64,000 nucleotides of DNA from Eledone cirrhosa (GCA_964016885.1 OZ024744.1:64728001-64792000), one strand, 5' to 3'; positions 38,751 to 53,004 are shown, counted from the first letter of the stretch. A program made the numbers and translations. Notes: generated by a model from the sequence alone, not told the origin.

Positions 38751-40075
38751 TGAAACTTCCTTTGAATTCTGTTTCATGACCATATTATGGCCAAGCGTCA
38801 ACTTGACACCTGAGGCAAAATTTAGTAATACACACATTTTACAATCAATTGTCATACAAATGAAGCAATAAGTGCCAACAGTAAAATGTATTTGCAAGGT
38901 ATTTAAATTGATAATGACCTACTCCGGATATGGACAGTGCCAGTCAGCACTATTTCCTGTATCTCCTGCACAGATGGCATTCTACGTTTCTGGTCAAAAT
39001 ATTTGAGTTCTCTTTTTTTTTTATCATTTCACGTGCACCTACTATCAGGTTTATGATGCCACATTTTCTCAATTTCAATTGTCAGATCTTTATACATACA
39101 GAGATTTCGGAACTCTTTGGAGATGTTACGATCTGATAGCATTCTTATGTCAATTAAGAAACATGTGTTATTTTTACAGTCCTTCCTAGTTATATTGGGT
39201 CTGTTGGCCTTGATCATTCTGTTAGTGTTCACAGGGATATCCCATAGGATTGTCACATTTTCACCTCTTGTTGCTGCATTTGGTGATGGATCTACCATGT
39301 TCCCTCTGAAACCTGCATATTACCCAGTGAAAATATTGCCTTACTCTATCATGCCTTGTTTTATATTCCTGGGGAGTTAATACTTTGCAGCATGAAACAA
39401 GACGGTCAATGGTCTCAACATACTCACTGCAGAAATGATACTTTGGGTGGGTTCCATTTTTGATCACATAGGTTTGGAAGTTACACATTGCAAGACACTG
39501 GTCTTGAGCAGCCAAAAGAAAGCCCTCACTCTCTGCCTTTAGACCAGAACTCTGCAGGCACTAATGGGTGAGAGCTTGATTTACATAAAGTTCTTTGCTA
39601 CAGAGAACATACTGCCATGCTGAGGTTTTTTCCCCCATTTAGTGCACAGTTTCTGTTGGCCTTTATGTTTTGTCAACATTTTGATGTTCATTGCAGCTTT
39701 AATTGCAGAATCAACATCATTTTCAAACAGTATTCCCAATTCTTCTGTAAACCTCCTACTTTCCTTTGTGACTGAATGCAATATTTTCTTCCATTTGTGA
39801 TCTGTAAGCATTTTCATCACCCAATCATCTGTAGTTTTAAGGTACTGATTGAGTCCAATGGTTGATATTTTGCATGACAGCTCAAGCTGGATTATTTCTC
39901 TACCTCCATTTTGTCTAGGAAGGTAGAAGTGATCCTCATCAACTTTTGGGAGATGTAGTTTATTACAGGCCAGAAGTTTCCTGATTTTGGTGTCCATTTT
40001 CTTTATTTCAGTAATGTTCCAATTTATGATATTGAAACTATAGGTGACAACTGGGATTGCAAGCATATTTATGGT
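38751..40075 (-). mobile_element. Dong/R4-clade non-LTR retrotransposon 3' part (RT C-terminus, CCHC, restriction-like endonuclease)
   Basis: AIPVVTYSF..W, YLPRQNGGR, ESEGFLLAAQDQ, FCSEYVETIDRLVSCC, YKTRHDRV, ILWDIPV.T.R.IKANRPNI, CFLIDI; 3' end abuts (TAA)n. Confidence 0.85.
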
Positions 40076-40093
40076 TATTATTATTTGAAACTT

Positions 40094-40271
40094 TAGGGCA
40101 GTATCGGTAGAGGGTCGGACGCCATGCTTTGACGTATAGAGTTATGGCCCTTGCCATTCTGAGTTAAAATCCCGCCGAGGTTAACTTTGCCTTTCATCCT
40201 TATGGGGTCAATAAAATAAAGTACCAGTAATGCACTGGGTAATTGCTGGCCTTGTGCCAAAAATAGAAACA
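40094..40271 (+). mobile_element. SINE family C with 17-bp target-site duplication
   Basis: ATTATTATTTGAAACTT at 40077-40093 and 40272-40288. Confidence 0.85.
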
Positions 40272-40288
40272 ATTATTATTTGAAACTT

Positions 40289-42115
40289 CCTTTGAATTCC
40301 ACTTATTTCCCAAACCATACTGAGTGTCAACCTGGCACCGGAGGCAAAATTTAGTCATACACACATTTTACAATCAATTCTCATACAGACGATGCCATAA
40401 AAGTTCAAACATCAGTAAATATATTTGCAAGGTTTTTAAATTGATAATGTCATTCTTAGGATATGGACAGTGACACTCAGCACTATTTTCTTACAGAGTG
40501 GCAGCTCTTATAGAGATGGCATTCTAGGTATCTGGTCCAAATATTTTTCAGTGCACAGTCTCTGTTCACCTTCATGTTTTGCCGATGCTTTGATATTCTT
40601 TGCAGCTTTAATTGCAGAAACGCCATAAATTTAAAACTTTATTCCCAATTCTTCTGAAAACTTCCTACTTTCCATTGTGATTGAATATAACCCCTTCTTC
40701 CTTTCTTGATCTGCAACCATTTTCATCATTAAGTCATCTGTGGTTTTAAGCTCCAATGGCCGATATCCTGTAATGGGATCATTTCTCTACCCCCGTTTTG
40801 TCCAGGGAGATAAAGGCGATCCACATCTGCTTTTGTGTGATGTAGTTTATTACAGATCAAAAGACTCCTGATTTTGGTGTCCTTTCTTTTAATTTCATTA
40901 ATGTTCCAATTTATGATATTGAAACCATAGTTAACAACTGGGACTGTAAGTGTATTTATGGCAGATAATTTATTTCTCGAGGTGAGCTCAGTTTTCAATA
41001 CACACGTTCTCTGCAGATGGAAATCCATACTTTTTACACAAGCTGCAGTGCAACACAGTAGCCACCTTATGGCTGCCTTATTTTTGTAATCATTCTGGGC
41101 TAACTGCTTATGCTCTAAAACAATATGGGTAACCGTCTCTGCTTTCCCCCCACAAATTCTGCATTTAGCTTGAACATCTTTCTTGTCAATATTTTTCATT
41201 ACCCATCTTGTTCTTATGACTTGATCTTGCACTGCTAATATAAGTCCTTCCATTTCTTTCTTAATGTAGCCTTTCCATAACCATAACCAAGTATTTTTGT
41301 TATCACATATGTTTCCTGTTTCCTTAAGGAATGTTGAATGCATGGGCTTTTCATCAAATACTTTTTTCTGCATTCCAAACCCTGCTTTCAATATACATCA
41401 GTATGGGAAACTGCATATCATGCTCTGCAAAACTGTTGTGCTGTATCCCCTCCTCCTGTCTGTATGTGTTTTTTATCATTCCCAGAGTACCTATTATTAT
41501 AAATACTGTTTCTGTTTTCATCATCATCTACATTCAGGTTATTTTGATCTCTAGATCTTTATATTTGGATAGTTTCTCTATTTCCTTGGTCGATATATTG
41601 CCACCTATGAGGAGTGATATATGAATTAGAAGACATTTTTTTTCTTTGTGGTCATGACTGTACTATCTGCTCAGTTGTCTTGGATGTCTGTGTCTGTGTA
41701 TATTGGTATATCCCAGAGTATGGTTGCTTTGCCACTCTCCAACACCTTTTCTGGTGTATGTTTGTACCATCTTTTTCCTGTTGGTATTCTATGGTGTTGG
41801 TATAACTTCTAATGTTTGTAAATCCCAACTCTATCATGTTTGTGGATATATCCTTTTTAAAACTAAGACTGGGGATCCAGAGATAATGTGTTTAATTGTT
41901 TCTTCTACAACTTCCCATATTCTGCAGTTAGTTGCTGTGTTTCATTGTGTATCTTTGGTGGCTTCTGGTAAAAGGCTTAGATCTTGTGCTGCAATTAGAA
42001 ATCCTTCAGCTTTGGCCTTTAGTCCAGAGCTTCTTAACCAGGTTTATGAATTTTGCTGCTCCACTTCTTCCCTATTCAGGTTTTTGGGTATTGGCTAACT
42101 AGGCTTTTTTTCTTG
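40289..42115 (-). mobile_element. Further nested or rearranged Dong/R4 fragments
   Basis: Second 3'UTR like 38751-39000; LKTELTSRNKLSAINTL, ADVDRLYLP; EMEGLILAVQDQVIRTR..CRICGGKAETVTHIV; another KAEGFLIAAQD segment near 42000. Confidence 0.8.
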
Positions 42116-42120
42116 TCATT

Positions 42121-42305
42121 GGGCGGTGGATTGGCAGTATCAGTAGAAGGTCGGACGCCATGCTTTCCAGCATAGTTACGTCCCTTTACGGTCTGAGTTC
42201 AAATACCGCCGAGGTTAACTTTGCCTTTCGGGGTCGATAAAATAAAGTACCAGTAATGCACTGGGTAATTGCTGGCCTTGTGCCAAAAGTAGAAACAATT
42301 ATTTT
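42121..42305 (+). mobile_element. SINE family C
   Basis: Full head, central domain and tail. Confidence 0.85.
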
Positions 42306-42512
42306 ATCTTAGTATGAGTTTTATCTTTTTTCAACATTTCTGTTGGTGTTTCCTCTGTGCTTTCATTTTCCTCACAATTATCTGTCAATCCAGTTTCTGT
42401 TTTAAATTTGTTGGCTTCCTTGAAGACAGAAAACTATTTTTTGTTGTTTTGTCATGTTTCATGGCTATTTGTATTAAGTTTCCATTATTCTTCATTAGAG
42501 TCCTACAGTAGA

Positions 42513-42552
42513 GATCATCATCATCATCATCGTCGTCATGATCATGATCATG

Positions 42553-42584
<32 letters not shown>

Positions 42585-42671
42585 CATTGTCTCATCCTTA
42601 ACATCATCATCATCATCATCATTGTCTCATCATCACCATCATCATCATCATCATCATTGTCTCATCATTAA

Positions 42672-42702
<31 letters not shown>

Positions 42703-42750
42703 GTTGTCTCATCATTAACATCATTATCATCATCTCGTGATAAACATTGC

Positions 42751-42782
<32 letters not shown>

Positions 42783-42783
42783 C
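42513..42783. repeat. (CAT)n-derived repeat (expanded LINE tail)
   Basis: Direct observation; adjacent to the RTE 3' end on the minus strand. Confidence 0.85.
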
Positions 42784-43715
42784 CGTTTTACATTCACCAT
42801 TTCATATTTGCATTGGTTGGACAGGTCATTTTCAGCACAGCATCCCTCCACTCATCACAGTCCTTCATCATCTCTTCTATAAGCTTCAGCAATTCAAGGT
42901 CAGCTCTCATCAACTCTGTCAAGGCCTTCCTTGATTTTTCTTTACTTCCAGTGAATTTTCATGGCATTTCTTCGCATAGTGATTATCATCCATGTAGGTC
43001 ACATGTCCATACCAGTGCAGTCTTCTCTCTTGCATACTTTATTTGATTCCAACAAGTTTTTCTTTCTGTTCATCCATACTTTGTTGATCAAACATATTAA
43101 CACTGAAAATCCATCCAAGCATGCTTGCTTCATTTCTTTTGCATATCTGCTACATTCATGCCCATGTCTCACTACCATGCATCATTGCACATCACATATA
43201 GTCATGATAAAGTCGACCTTTCATTTGTAGAGAGTAACTTTTTGTTGTCATCAAAAGTAGTAGCTCCCTAAACTTCTTCCCTCTCCTAATTTTAGCTACT
43301 ATATATGTTCTTGGAGCACCCCTCCACTGATAATTAAATCACATAGGAAGCAGAAGCTAGCAACCACTTTTATGGATCTTTTCTGGGTTTATATCATTGG
43401 CACTCTTAATACCAATCATCCCTGAACATCTTACAACATACAACATTTTCCTTTCCTCTTTGTCTGCTTGCTATCCAACTACACCTCTTGTGTACCTAAG
43501 ATTTGCATTGTGTATATTGTATAGAGTTTTATCCTACTCCCTATCTACATATTGAGCAGTGTTACTTCCCTGATAGAACCAGAGGCCTGGCTTCTTCCAT
43601 ACTAACTAACACTTTTGTTTTTTGCTAAGTTTTATCTCAGCCCCTAATTCTGTTTCTACAGTTGGAATTTATACTCTATTTCTTCCTCAGATTCAGTTAT
43701 GAGGACTATAATGAC
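42784..43715 (-). mobile_element. Degenerate RTE LINE 3' fragment
   Basis: Reverse-strand similarity to 23250-23680 and 53430-54250. Confidence 0.7.
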
Positions 43716-44811
43716 ATTATGTGAATCCTCCGCCATAGATGTGGTATCTTGTAGTTGGTACAGGAATTGAGTTGAATGCTTCAATGAAAATATGAGAAGG
43801 CTGGATTCCAATAACTTACTTTATTGTTGGATAATTACATAATACGTATTTCTGTGGTCAGTTTACATCATTAGACCATGACGTAAAACAATCTACAACA
43901 TCATTAGATGGTATTAACATAATAGATTTAATTAAGTAGTCTTTACTGGGGCACAGCAAAATAAACAAAGAAACAATGAAATGAAGCAGCATGGGCTACT
44001 CATGCAATCCCTACCACAGCACACACACACACACATACATATATATATATCATCATCATCATCATTATCATCATCACTGCTTAACATCCATTTTTCCATG
44101 CTTGCATGGGTCAGGCAGGTCGTTTGCATCGAGAGACATGTCTGGCCAGGATTGGCCATGCCATACCTTGCTCTGCCGAGACTGTAAATTTGGTTGGAGC
44201 TTTTAAAGCTGGATGCCCTACCTAATACCAACACAAATAAATAAATATATATATCCTACCTACCTCCTTCTTCCTTTATTCACAAAAGTAATGTTATAGT
44301 ATACTATATATACTTGAAGGAAATGAACACATCATTTACAAAATAGAGTCAATATAGGCTGGGAATTTGGGGCCTGTCTCAGGAAAAATCTGAAATACAT
44401 AGCCAAAGAAACAATTGTACCTAAATGACACCATATTTAATGTAGTAGATAGACACAGACACATATATATCATTATAATCATTGCCATCATTTAATGTTT
44501 GCTTTTCCATACTGGAATTTTGATTGATTCACCTTCCTTGCTGAACTCTTGCACTTTCAACACTCTCCCAACCCAGTAAAGTCAGGCATCGCCCACCCCC
44601 ACCAAATGATAGTCCAATATTTGAACAGCAGCTGATACCAGGATGAAGATATGGCTATGAGATTTGGTGCAGAAATAGCCTGCAGGCTAGCTAGTCAGAT
44701 ACCACTGACATTAAGATTGCCACATCAGGAGGAGGAAAAAAAAAAAAGATAAGCCCAAAGTTGGAAACTTAATTCATCGAAGAACATTTGTCCAAATTGT
44801 TTAAAATGTAT

Positions 44812-45075
44812 ATCATCATTTTACGTCCGCTTTAACACCAACCTCATTTACAGTGAGTGCTGGGTGCTTTTTTTTTCCATGGCGCCTCCACGACCACTTT
44901 GCAGTGGAATGATAGGGACCCCAGTCCCTATCATCTCATTTCTACAGCTGAGTAAACTGGAGTTTAATAATAAAGTGTCTTGCTCAAGGAAACAACACAT
45001 CACCTGGTCTGAGAATTGAACTCACAACCTTTCAATTGCAAGCCCAATGCTCTAACCACTAAGCCATGTGCCTCC
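44812..45075 (-). mobile_element. CORE-type SINE family B (internally deleted)
   Basis: Head, CORE and one unit; tail joined directly. Confidence 0.8.
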
Positions 45076-46362
45076 ATTGCATATGTACTAAAGAAATCAT
45101 CATTTTTATTATTGTAGGTTTGTGATCATCATCATCGTTTAATGTCTATCTTCCACACTAGCATAGATTAGAGGGGTTTGTCTCATTTGAGGCAAGTTAA
45201 ATCGAGTGACCATGTCTCACTCGTATAGGACTGTTTCTGACTGGGTTTTCTATGGCTAGATGCCCTTCCTAATGCCAACCACATTTACAGTGTGTGCTGG
45301 GTGCTTTTTGTCGTGACACCTACACGACCACTTTACAGTGTGGGCTGGATGTTTTGTGGTACCAACATAACTTTACAGAGTAAGGTTGGTGTGGGCAGAA
45401 GTGGAAGGGAGGTGTAGGGGTTGTGGGGTGTATACTGTGACAGATATTCTTCTTAGTCAATCTACCTAATTAATAATAACTGAAATTAAATATTCATTGC
45501 ATGGCTTACTTACTAGCCATACATATTAAACCAACCACATGCCACAAGCAGTATTTATATGCTCTTCTTTTAGGCTACCAAGGGAAATTTGGTGCCGCCA
45601 TTCCGCCCCCCATGTTGCCAATCAAATGATGGTATCCCTTCCTCCAGCATCCCCATGTACATTGAGTACCCTAGTGCTGTAATGAAATAATGCAAGTGTC
45701 ACCACCCCAGTTCACCTGTAATGTGATAGTGTTGGAGTCTCCATAAAATGCTCCCAGTACACTCTTGTAAAGTGCTTGGTATTAGAAAGTGCATCCAGCC
45801 ATATAAACCATGCTCCCTGTACATGCTGAAAAGTGATTGGTGTTGGCAGGGGCATTCAGCCATAAGAACCAAGCCAAAACAAAGCATAGGTCAGTTGGAC
45901 CTAGTCATCAGACCAGCTCGACCTCAGCACCCGACAGTTATCTGACCCTTACAAGCATGGAAAATAGACATTAAACAGTGATGATGGTGATATTATATGC
46001 ATTTTCTTCTGGCCCTGACTGAGCAGACAATAAAAATATGATTAATTGCTTCTTCATTTATTTAATTTTTCTATAATATATCCTTCTGGTTATTTCTGTT
46101 GGGAAAAGATTTGGTCTTGTATTGCAAATAAAAGACTTTCAGTCTCAGGTTATTGATTATCATCATCATCATCATCATCATCGTTTAGGGGAAAATTGGG
46201 TCTGGTGACCATGCCTCACTCATATAGGACTGTTTCTGGCTGGTGTTCTATGGCTAGATGCCCTTCCTAATGCCAACCACTTTTACGGTATGTGCTAGGT
46301 GCTTTTTGCCATGTCTCCCACACAACCACTTTACAGTGCGGGCTGGATGTTTTGTGATCTAT

Positions 46363-46399
<37 letters not shown>

Positions 46400-46629
46400 C
46401 CACCGTTTTACATCCATTTTTCCACGTTAGCATGGGTTAGACGAGTTGTCATGTTGTGAGCAATGCTAGGTCAGGTGACCATGTCTTGTTCATACAGAAC
46501 AGACTTCGGCTTGATTTCCACAGCTGGATGCTCTTCCTAATGCCAACCTGATTTACAGTGAGTACTGGGTGCTTTTTGTCGTGATGCGTACACGACCACT
46601 TTAGAGTGAGGCTATATAGGAGGTAATCT

Positions 46630-48430
46630 TTGTACAACATTTTATGATCCAATTTACAATTTGCTGTAAAGTTAAAAAAGTTTTTTATTGTGGTTTCTCC
46701 ATCAACTGTCTGTTAATTCAGCCACTGTTTTATATTTGTTTGGCTTCCTTTAGGACAGAAGAGGATCTTTTGTTTTGTTTGATTTTTGCAAACAGTTGTA
46801 TTAGTTTCTCTTTATCATATGCCTGATATATTTGTAATGTTGTGGTAGATATAATATATCAAATTTTGTATTAATTTCCTTTTAATCTTTATTATATATT
46901 TCTGTTATAATGGGTCTTTACAATACTTTTGTTAAATATAGTGAATGTTTCCAGATTGTACTATTGGGAAAAGCTGTCAAAAGTCTTCTGGTAATCAATC
47001 AATGTCATGCACAGCCATTCTTTCTTTTTTTGAGCCAAGCAGGTTATATATGGATCTGTAGTTTTGAGGTTTTGCTATTCCTTTAGTCATGATATATTTA
47101 CTATTATATTTTCACTGTAAAGGCTTTAGCTCACATAATTATTTCACATAATATCGAATCTATGAGATTTTGATATTTATTTTGACATCAGTCTGAGTGG
47201 CTGATTATGATCAGTTTGGCCAGATATGACTGGTTTAAATACTAAAGTGTTAAGACGGTTTTCCCTTTGGTTAGTCATACAGGTGTTGTTTCTGGTTCAT
47301 AATATATTTTTGCCATCACTGTAAATGCCTGTTAAATAATTGTTTCTACTGTTCACACAAGGCCATCAATTACTCAGTACATTACTGGTACTTTATTTTA
47401 TCGACCCCATAAGGATGAAAAGCAAAGCTAACCTCTGCAGGATTTGAACTCAGACCGTAAAGGGCCGTAACTCTATGCTGCAAAGCATGGTGTCTGACCC
47501 TCTACCAATGCTAAATAATATTCAGCCATAATGTTTGAACTTTATAACTTCTGTTGGTAATTTTTTTTTGTAACATCTGAGTTGCTTGCTTATTGAGTTG
47601 TTAACTCTTCAATGATCCTCAGCCAGAGAGAATCCCTTCATGGTCACACTGCTAAAAATTCTTCTCCTTATCTTGTTGTTGGCAGATTCATTTGTTTCTT
47701 GTATATTTTTTTACCCACTTCTCAGTAAAATTCTTTTTGATTGCAGTTGAACTCATTCTTTTATTCAAATTGTTTCTTTTTACAATAACATCTTTTTTTC
47801 TTCTATTTAGCCAGGATCTTTTGTTTTAAATGTGCTTTGATTTTATATAATCCTTTTTTTTTTTTTAGTTTTGAATATGCTTTAATGCTTTTTGGTTCTA
47901 CAATATTTCTTTGTTACTTTATTTTTTTTTTGGGGGTATTGTTTCCTTATTGATTTCATTAAGGATTGGGAAATCTTTTTCTTATATTATATCTTTTTTT
48001 ATAAGTTTGTTTGAGCAGAAGATGGGAAAGCATAAATGGAGCTCCACATAATACCTCAGTATTAAATTCCACCAGCCTCATTGGAATCAAACCAGAATTT
48101 TACAAGACAATGAAGATAATGTCACTATTTAGTCTCCAATATTTACATCTGATTCTAATTTCTTTTTATTTTTGCTTTACTTATGTGTAAGTACATACAA
48201 CACAGTTAAAACAAGACATGGGCTTCATACTGGTTGATACATGAGTCTAGTAAAACAACTTTTTTCTTTTGTATCTAACATGGCTGCTGAATATAATATT
48301 TCATGTAACCTAGTGATACTGATGTTTGTGTCTGTTTTTATTGAGTCTGTAATGTCTAGGTTTGCCTTTGTTATTGTTTCTTTTCTTCAGGTGAATCTTT
48401 TGTTGGTATTTAGGAAGATCTAACAATATT
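46630..48430 (-). mobile_element. Very degenerate non-LTR (probably Dong/R4) relic interrupted by a MITE fragment and a family C SINE (47335-47510)
   Basis: Remnant TLIDYQKTFDSF near 46965-47005; bounded by a (TTA)n tract at 48430-48488. Confidence 0.4.
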
Positions 48431-48488
48431 ACTATTACTGTTATTATTATTACTATTATTACTATTATTATTATTATTATTATTATTG

Positions 48489-49118
48489 AGGGTGGTAGAT
48501 TCGCAGTATCGGTAGAGACTCGGAGACCATGCTTTGGAGCATAGAGTTACGGCCCTTTATGGTCTGAATTCAAATTCCATCGAGGTTAACTTTGCATTTC
48601 ATCCTTAAAGGGTCAATAAAAAAAAACACCTCCAAAATTGCTGGCCTTGTGCCTAAAGTAGAAACCATTATTATTATTATTATAATAGGTGGATTGGCAG
48701 TGTTGGTAGAGTGTTGGATGCCATGCTTTGCAACATAGAGTTGTGTCCCTTTATGATCTGAGTTCAAATTCCGCCGAGGTTAACTTTGCCTTTCATCCTT
48801 ACGGGGTTGATAAAATAAAGTACCAGTAATGTACTGGGTAATTGCTGGCCTTGTGCCAAAAATAGAAACAATTATTATTATTATTAAGGGTGGCGTATTG
48901 GTGTCGGTAGAGTGTTGGATGCCATGCTTTGCAACATAGAGTTGTGGCCCATTACGTTCTGTGTTCAAATCCTGCCAAGGTTAACTTTGCCTTTCATCCT
49001 TAAGGGGTTGATAAAATAAATCACCAGTAATGCACTGAGGTCAATTTAATCGACTTTCCCCTGCCCTTCAAATTACTTGCACTGTGCCTAAGTTATAAAC
49101 CATTATTATAATTATTAT
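48489..49118 (+). mobile_element. Three head-to-tail family C SINEs separated by (ATT)n
   Basis: Units about 48489-48685, 48686-48885, 48886-49118. Confidence 0.85.
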
Positions 49119-49210
49119 TACTACTAGTAGAACAACTGGTCGACTTAAGAATCATTGGGAATATATGAAAATCAAAATTTGTGTGCATTCCATCACAACT
49201 GATCATACTA

Positions 49211-49361
49211 ATAGTCAATCACTTTAAATGATTGTTGTGAAAATTGGATAAAATACTCCCGTGGATGGAAAAAAGTGGCAACAGGCACCTCTGTCCACTT
49301 TTTTCCATCTTCAGGGGAATTTTACCTGATTTTCTCAATAATTATTTATAGTGATTGATTA
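49211..49361. mobile_element. Small foldback MITE
   Basis: ATAGTCAATCACT...AGTGATTGATTAT ends with imperfect palindromy throughout; half-copy at about 9151-9235. Confidence 0.55.
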
Positions 49362-49529
49362 TCAATATGATCATTTACATTGGGGTGCACAGATTTTAAA
49401 TTTCCTTATTAGTAGAACTGTATATGTTATAATCAATAAAATGCAAACCAAAATAACTTATGTCAACGTTCTGATTTCAAATCCCACCAAAATCGATTTT
49501 GTCTTTCATTAAAAAAATAAGTATGATTC

Positions 49530-50140
49530 AAGTAGTAGGCTTGATTTAGACAGGACCAAGATCTCTAACATTACACAGTAATACAGAAGACCCGATTTCC
49601 CATGTGCCCAGGCCAAAGCTGAAACATATATATATAATATACACCGCCCCATCTCACCCACCCATACATCGCCCATGAGGACAAGCTGAAGCATACATCT
49701 AGTGAAGCCTCCAGCCTACACTGTAAAGTGGTTGTAACGGTGACACAACAAAAAGCGCCCAGACCATACTATAAAGTGGTCATATAGGTGTCATGACAAA
49801 AAGCATCCAGTCCACACTATAATGTGGTTGTGTAGGTGTCATGAGAAAAAGGATCCAGTCCACATTGTAAAGTGGTCGTGTAGAAAACACAACAAAAATC
49901 ACCAGTCCACACTGTAACGTGGTCGTGTAGGAGTCATGATAAAAAGCACCCAGTCCACACTGTAAATGAGGTTGGCACTACGAAGGGCATCCGGCTGTAG
50001 AAACCAAGCCAGAAATCGGTTCCATATGAGCAAGACATGGTCACCTGACCTGGCATTGCTCACAACAGGATAACTTGTCTAACCCATGATAGCGTGGAAA
50101 ATGGATGTTACACGGTGATGATGATGATGATAATGATGAT
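49530..50140 (+). mobile_element. RTE 3' end / 3'UTR with six ~41-bp tandem units and (ATG)n tail
   Basis: Collinear with 14300-14740 but with an expanded repeat array (49715-49965). Confidence 0.75.
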
Positions 50141-50799
50141 GAATCCTGCTCCATGGACATATTAGAGCCACCAGCAATTAAACCTATCTGAGATAGTGTC
50201 ATCACCTGTAAACTGTGTGGTGAAACCATTTTGCATGTATTGCTACACTTTGGGTTTATGTTAAACAGTTGTCATGATGAGAGACATTTCCAGCTTTCAA
50301 ACAATTTTATCATAAAGATTAGATCTCTGCCTTCTTTACGCAAGGAAGGGTGTTGAGTTTCCTTTTGTCAGATGGCTATGGCAAATCTGGTGCACACTGT
50401 GAAGTGGTTGATGTAAGGAAATGTGTCCAGCTGTAAAAAAACCTGCTAAACAAAGAATTTGGAGGACTCTTCAGCTGTATCAAAAACATGACAATATCCC
50501 TACTGTTGGTGATCTACATGATAAATGATCCTCAAGTATACTCTATAAAGTGGTTGGCGGTAGGAAAGGCATCCAGCTGTAGAAAATCTGCTAAACAAAG
50601 GGTCAGAAAGACTCTTCAGCTATACCGAAAACATGACAACTCCTCTAGTGTTGATGCCATGAGAAAAAACATTGGCAAAGTGCAGGATCAAGTCACACCC
50701 CAGTCTCTCCTGAAGGTCAGAAAGGGCTTAGCTTAAGTAGTGACTGGTCTGTGATGACATGTTCAACGTTTGCTAGCAGGGAAAAACAGATGTTAAACG

Positions 50800-50816
50800 G
50801 TGATGATGATGACAAC

Positions 50817-50847
<31 letters not shown>

Positions 50848-50945
50848 TAGATGATGATGATGATGATAATGATGATGATAATGATGATGAGGATAATGAT
50901 GAGGATGATGATGATGATGATAATGATGACGGTAATGATAATGAG
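50800..50945. repeat. (GAT)n microsatellite (retroelement tail)
   Basis: Direct observation. Confidence 0.9.
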
Positions 50946-51169
50946 TGGATGCTGTTGTAAAGTTTGAAGACAGAGCTTGTCCTCTCTGGCTAAGCAGTTA
51001 TCAACCTTTGCAAGTATAATTTGAAGGGAAAGGTGAGAATAGGGAAGAATATGCTGCTCTCCAGTAAATTTTATGAAAGCTGGGTGAGAATGGCGCAACT
51101 GGAAGACCTAGTTTAAAAAATATGACTACAGATTGATGGCAAAAAGTGGGAGAATGCATTTACCTTTTG

Positions 51170-51710
51170 TGTGGCTAGGGTATTCAGCTTACAATTGTAA
51201 GGTTCTTAGTTCGATTCCACGCAACACGTTGTGTCCTTCAGCAAAACACTTTATTTCATGCTGCTCCAGCCCATTCAGCTGGCAAAAATGAGTTGTATCT
51301 AATTTAAAATGGTCAACCTTGTCACATTCTGTTTCACATTAAATCTCCATGAGAACTACAGAAAGGGTACATGTGTCTGTGGAATGCTCAACCACTTGCA
51401 CGTTAATTTCATGAACAGGCTGTTCTGTTGATCAGATCAACTGGAACACTCGTCATCGTAACCAACGGAGGTCTTTTGTGTTAGGTTAATACAAATTTAA
51501 GTGTGGGTGTTCAGTCTTGTCACTTTCTATGGCAAACTGAATCTCCCTGGGAACTATGTTGAGTGGACCTGTGTCTGTGAAATGCTCAGTCATTTGTACG
51601 CTAATTTCATGAGCAGGCTGTTCTGTTGATCAGATCAACTGGATCACTTGTCGTAACCAACGGAGTACCTTCTGTGTTAGGTTAATACAAGTTTGTGTGT
51701 GGGTGTTCTG
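51170..51710 (+). mobile_element. CORE-type SINE family A plus tandem duplication of its 3' half and flank
   Basis: About 51317-51512 repeated at 51516-51707. Confidence 0.75.
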
Positions 51711-52821
51711 AAATATCAATTGTATTATTCTATCCCCCTTTGGGTGATTCTTTCTTGTTATTTTGTTATTCTCTACTGTTATTTCTGTATGATAAACTAG
51801 CCACTGTGACAGGTGGGGGGGGGGGACCAAAGAGAAGATACAATGGTTTACTAGAGTTTCTGATTGTGAGGCCAGGTAAGACCCAACCCATTCACCAGTC
51901 AGTCTTGTCCTTCACAAATGCTCATAGAACTGGTCTTGAGGACAAAAAGAGATGGGGGAAGAACCAAACCCAAGTCTTCCATTCCTGTATTAGTTTTCTC
52001 AAAAAGCACTATAATTGGGCTTTGGAATATTTAAAAATCCGTCTCCATTACCGTTTGATCCCATCTCAATATAGCCTATTTCCATAATAGTAAGAGATGG
52101 TGGAAGCAGTGAATATGCTCTCACAAATATTTTCCAGACACAGTTAAAAAAATGACAATGAGGAAAAAAATTACAATTAAATATAGAGATCTATTTGTAA
52201 GCACAATCAGTTACAATTTGATAAGCACAAAAGTAAAAAAAAAAAAAAAAAAAAATGCAAATTTACATAACAGAAAGAAAAGTAACCCCAACATTAGCAA
52301 CAGCAACTTATTTGTTACCCCCCCCCCCCCAAAAAAAAAGATATTAGATGTGATTTAGCTTCAAGGAAATGAAAACGTATGGAAGAGATATGTGACAAAA
52401 GAGAGTGGTTTTGTTTCGTGTCTGAAGAATTTATCTAAGGAAATAAGGACTGTGGCATACCTCTGATAATCCCTCTCCCCCCCCACCCCCACCCACCCCC
52501 ACCCCAAAAGGCATAAGATTCTTTAGATACCTTCGAAATAAATTTGAAGTGAACCCTAGTTGATATGTACCAGGATGTATGCTCCCTTTTTAGGGGTAAG
52601 ATATATGGAAGTGTATGCCTTGTATGTAACCTTTTTGTTATCATTTTTCTAATGAAAGACTTCTGTTTCTTTTCAAATTCTTTTGAAAATATTCAATAAC
52701 TTGGAGAAATTGAGTATTTATAATTTTTTCATCATTCAGTAGGTGTTTGGAACATGACAAAAATTCTTACATAAAATTATGATGGATGATTTTTTTTTTC
52801 ATGCTAATAAAAGCACTTTAA

Positions 52822-53004
52822 CCCTTTAGCATTCAAACTGGCTGTATCTGGCCAAAATTCTCTCACCTCTTTCTGTTGGCCATAACTGGACGCTTATACT
52901 GATGTTAAGGTTTCGTTCTCAAAATAAATAATATAAAAATCTCATAGATTTTATATTATGTGAAAATATAACAGTAAATATAGAGTATTGTAAATGCTAA
53001 AGGG
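52822..53004. mobile_element. piggyBac-like MITE
   Basis: TTAA-CCCTTTAGCATT ... AATGCTAAAGGG-TTAA: perfect 12-bp TIR and TTAA TSD. Confidence 0.85.
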
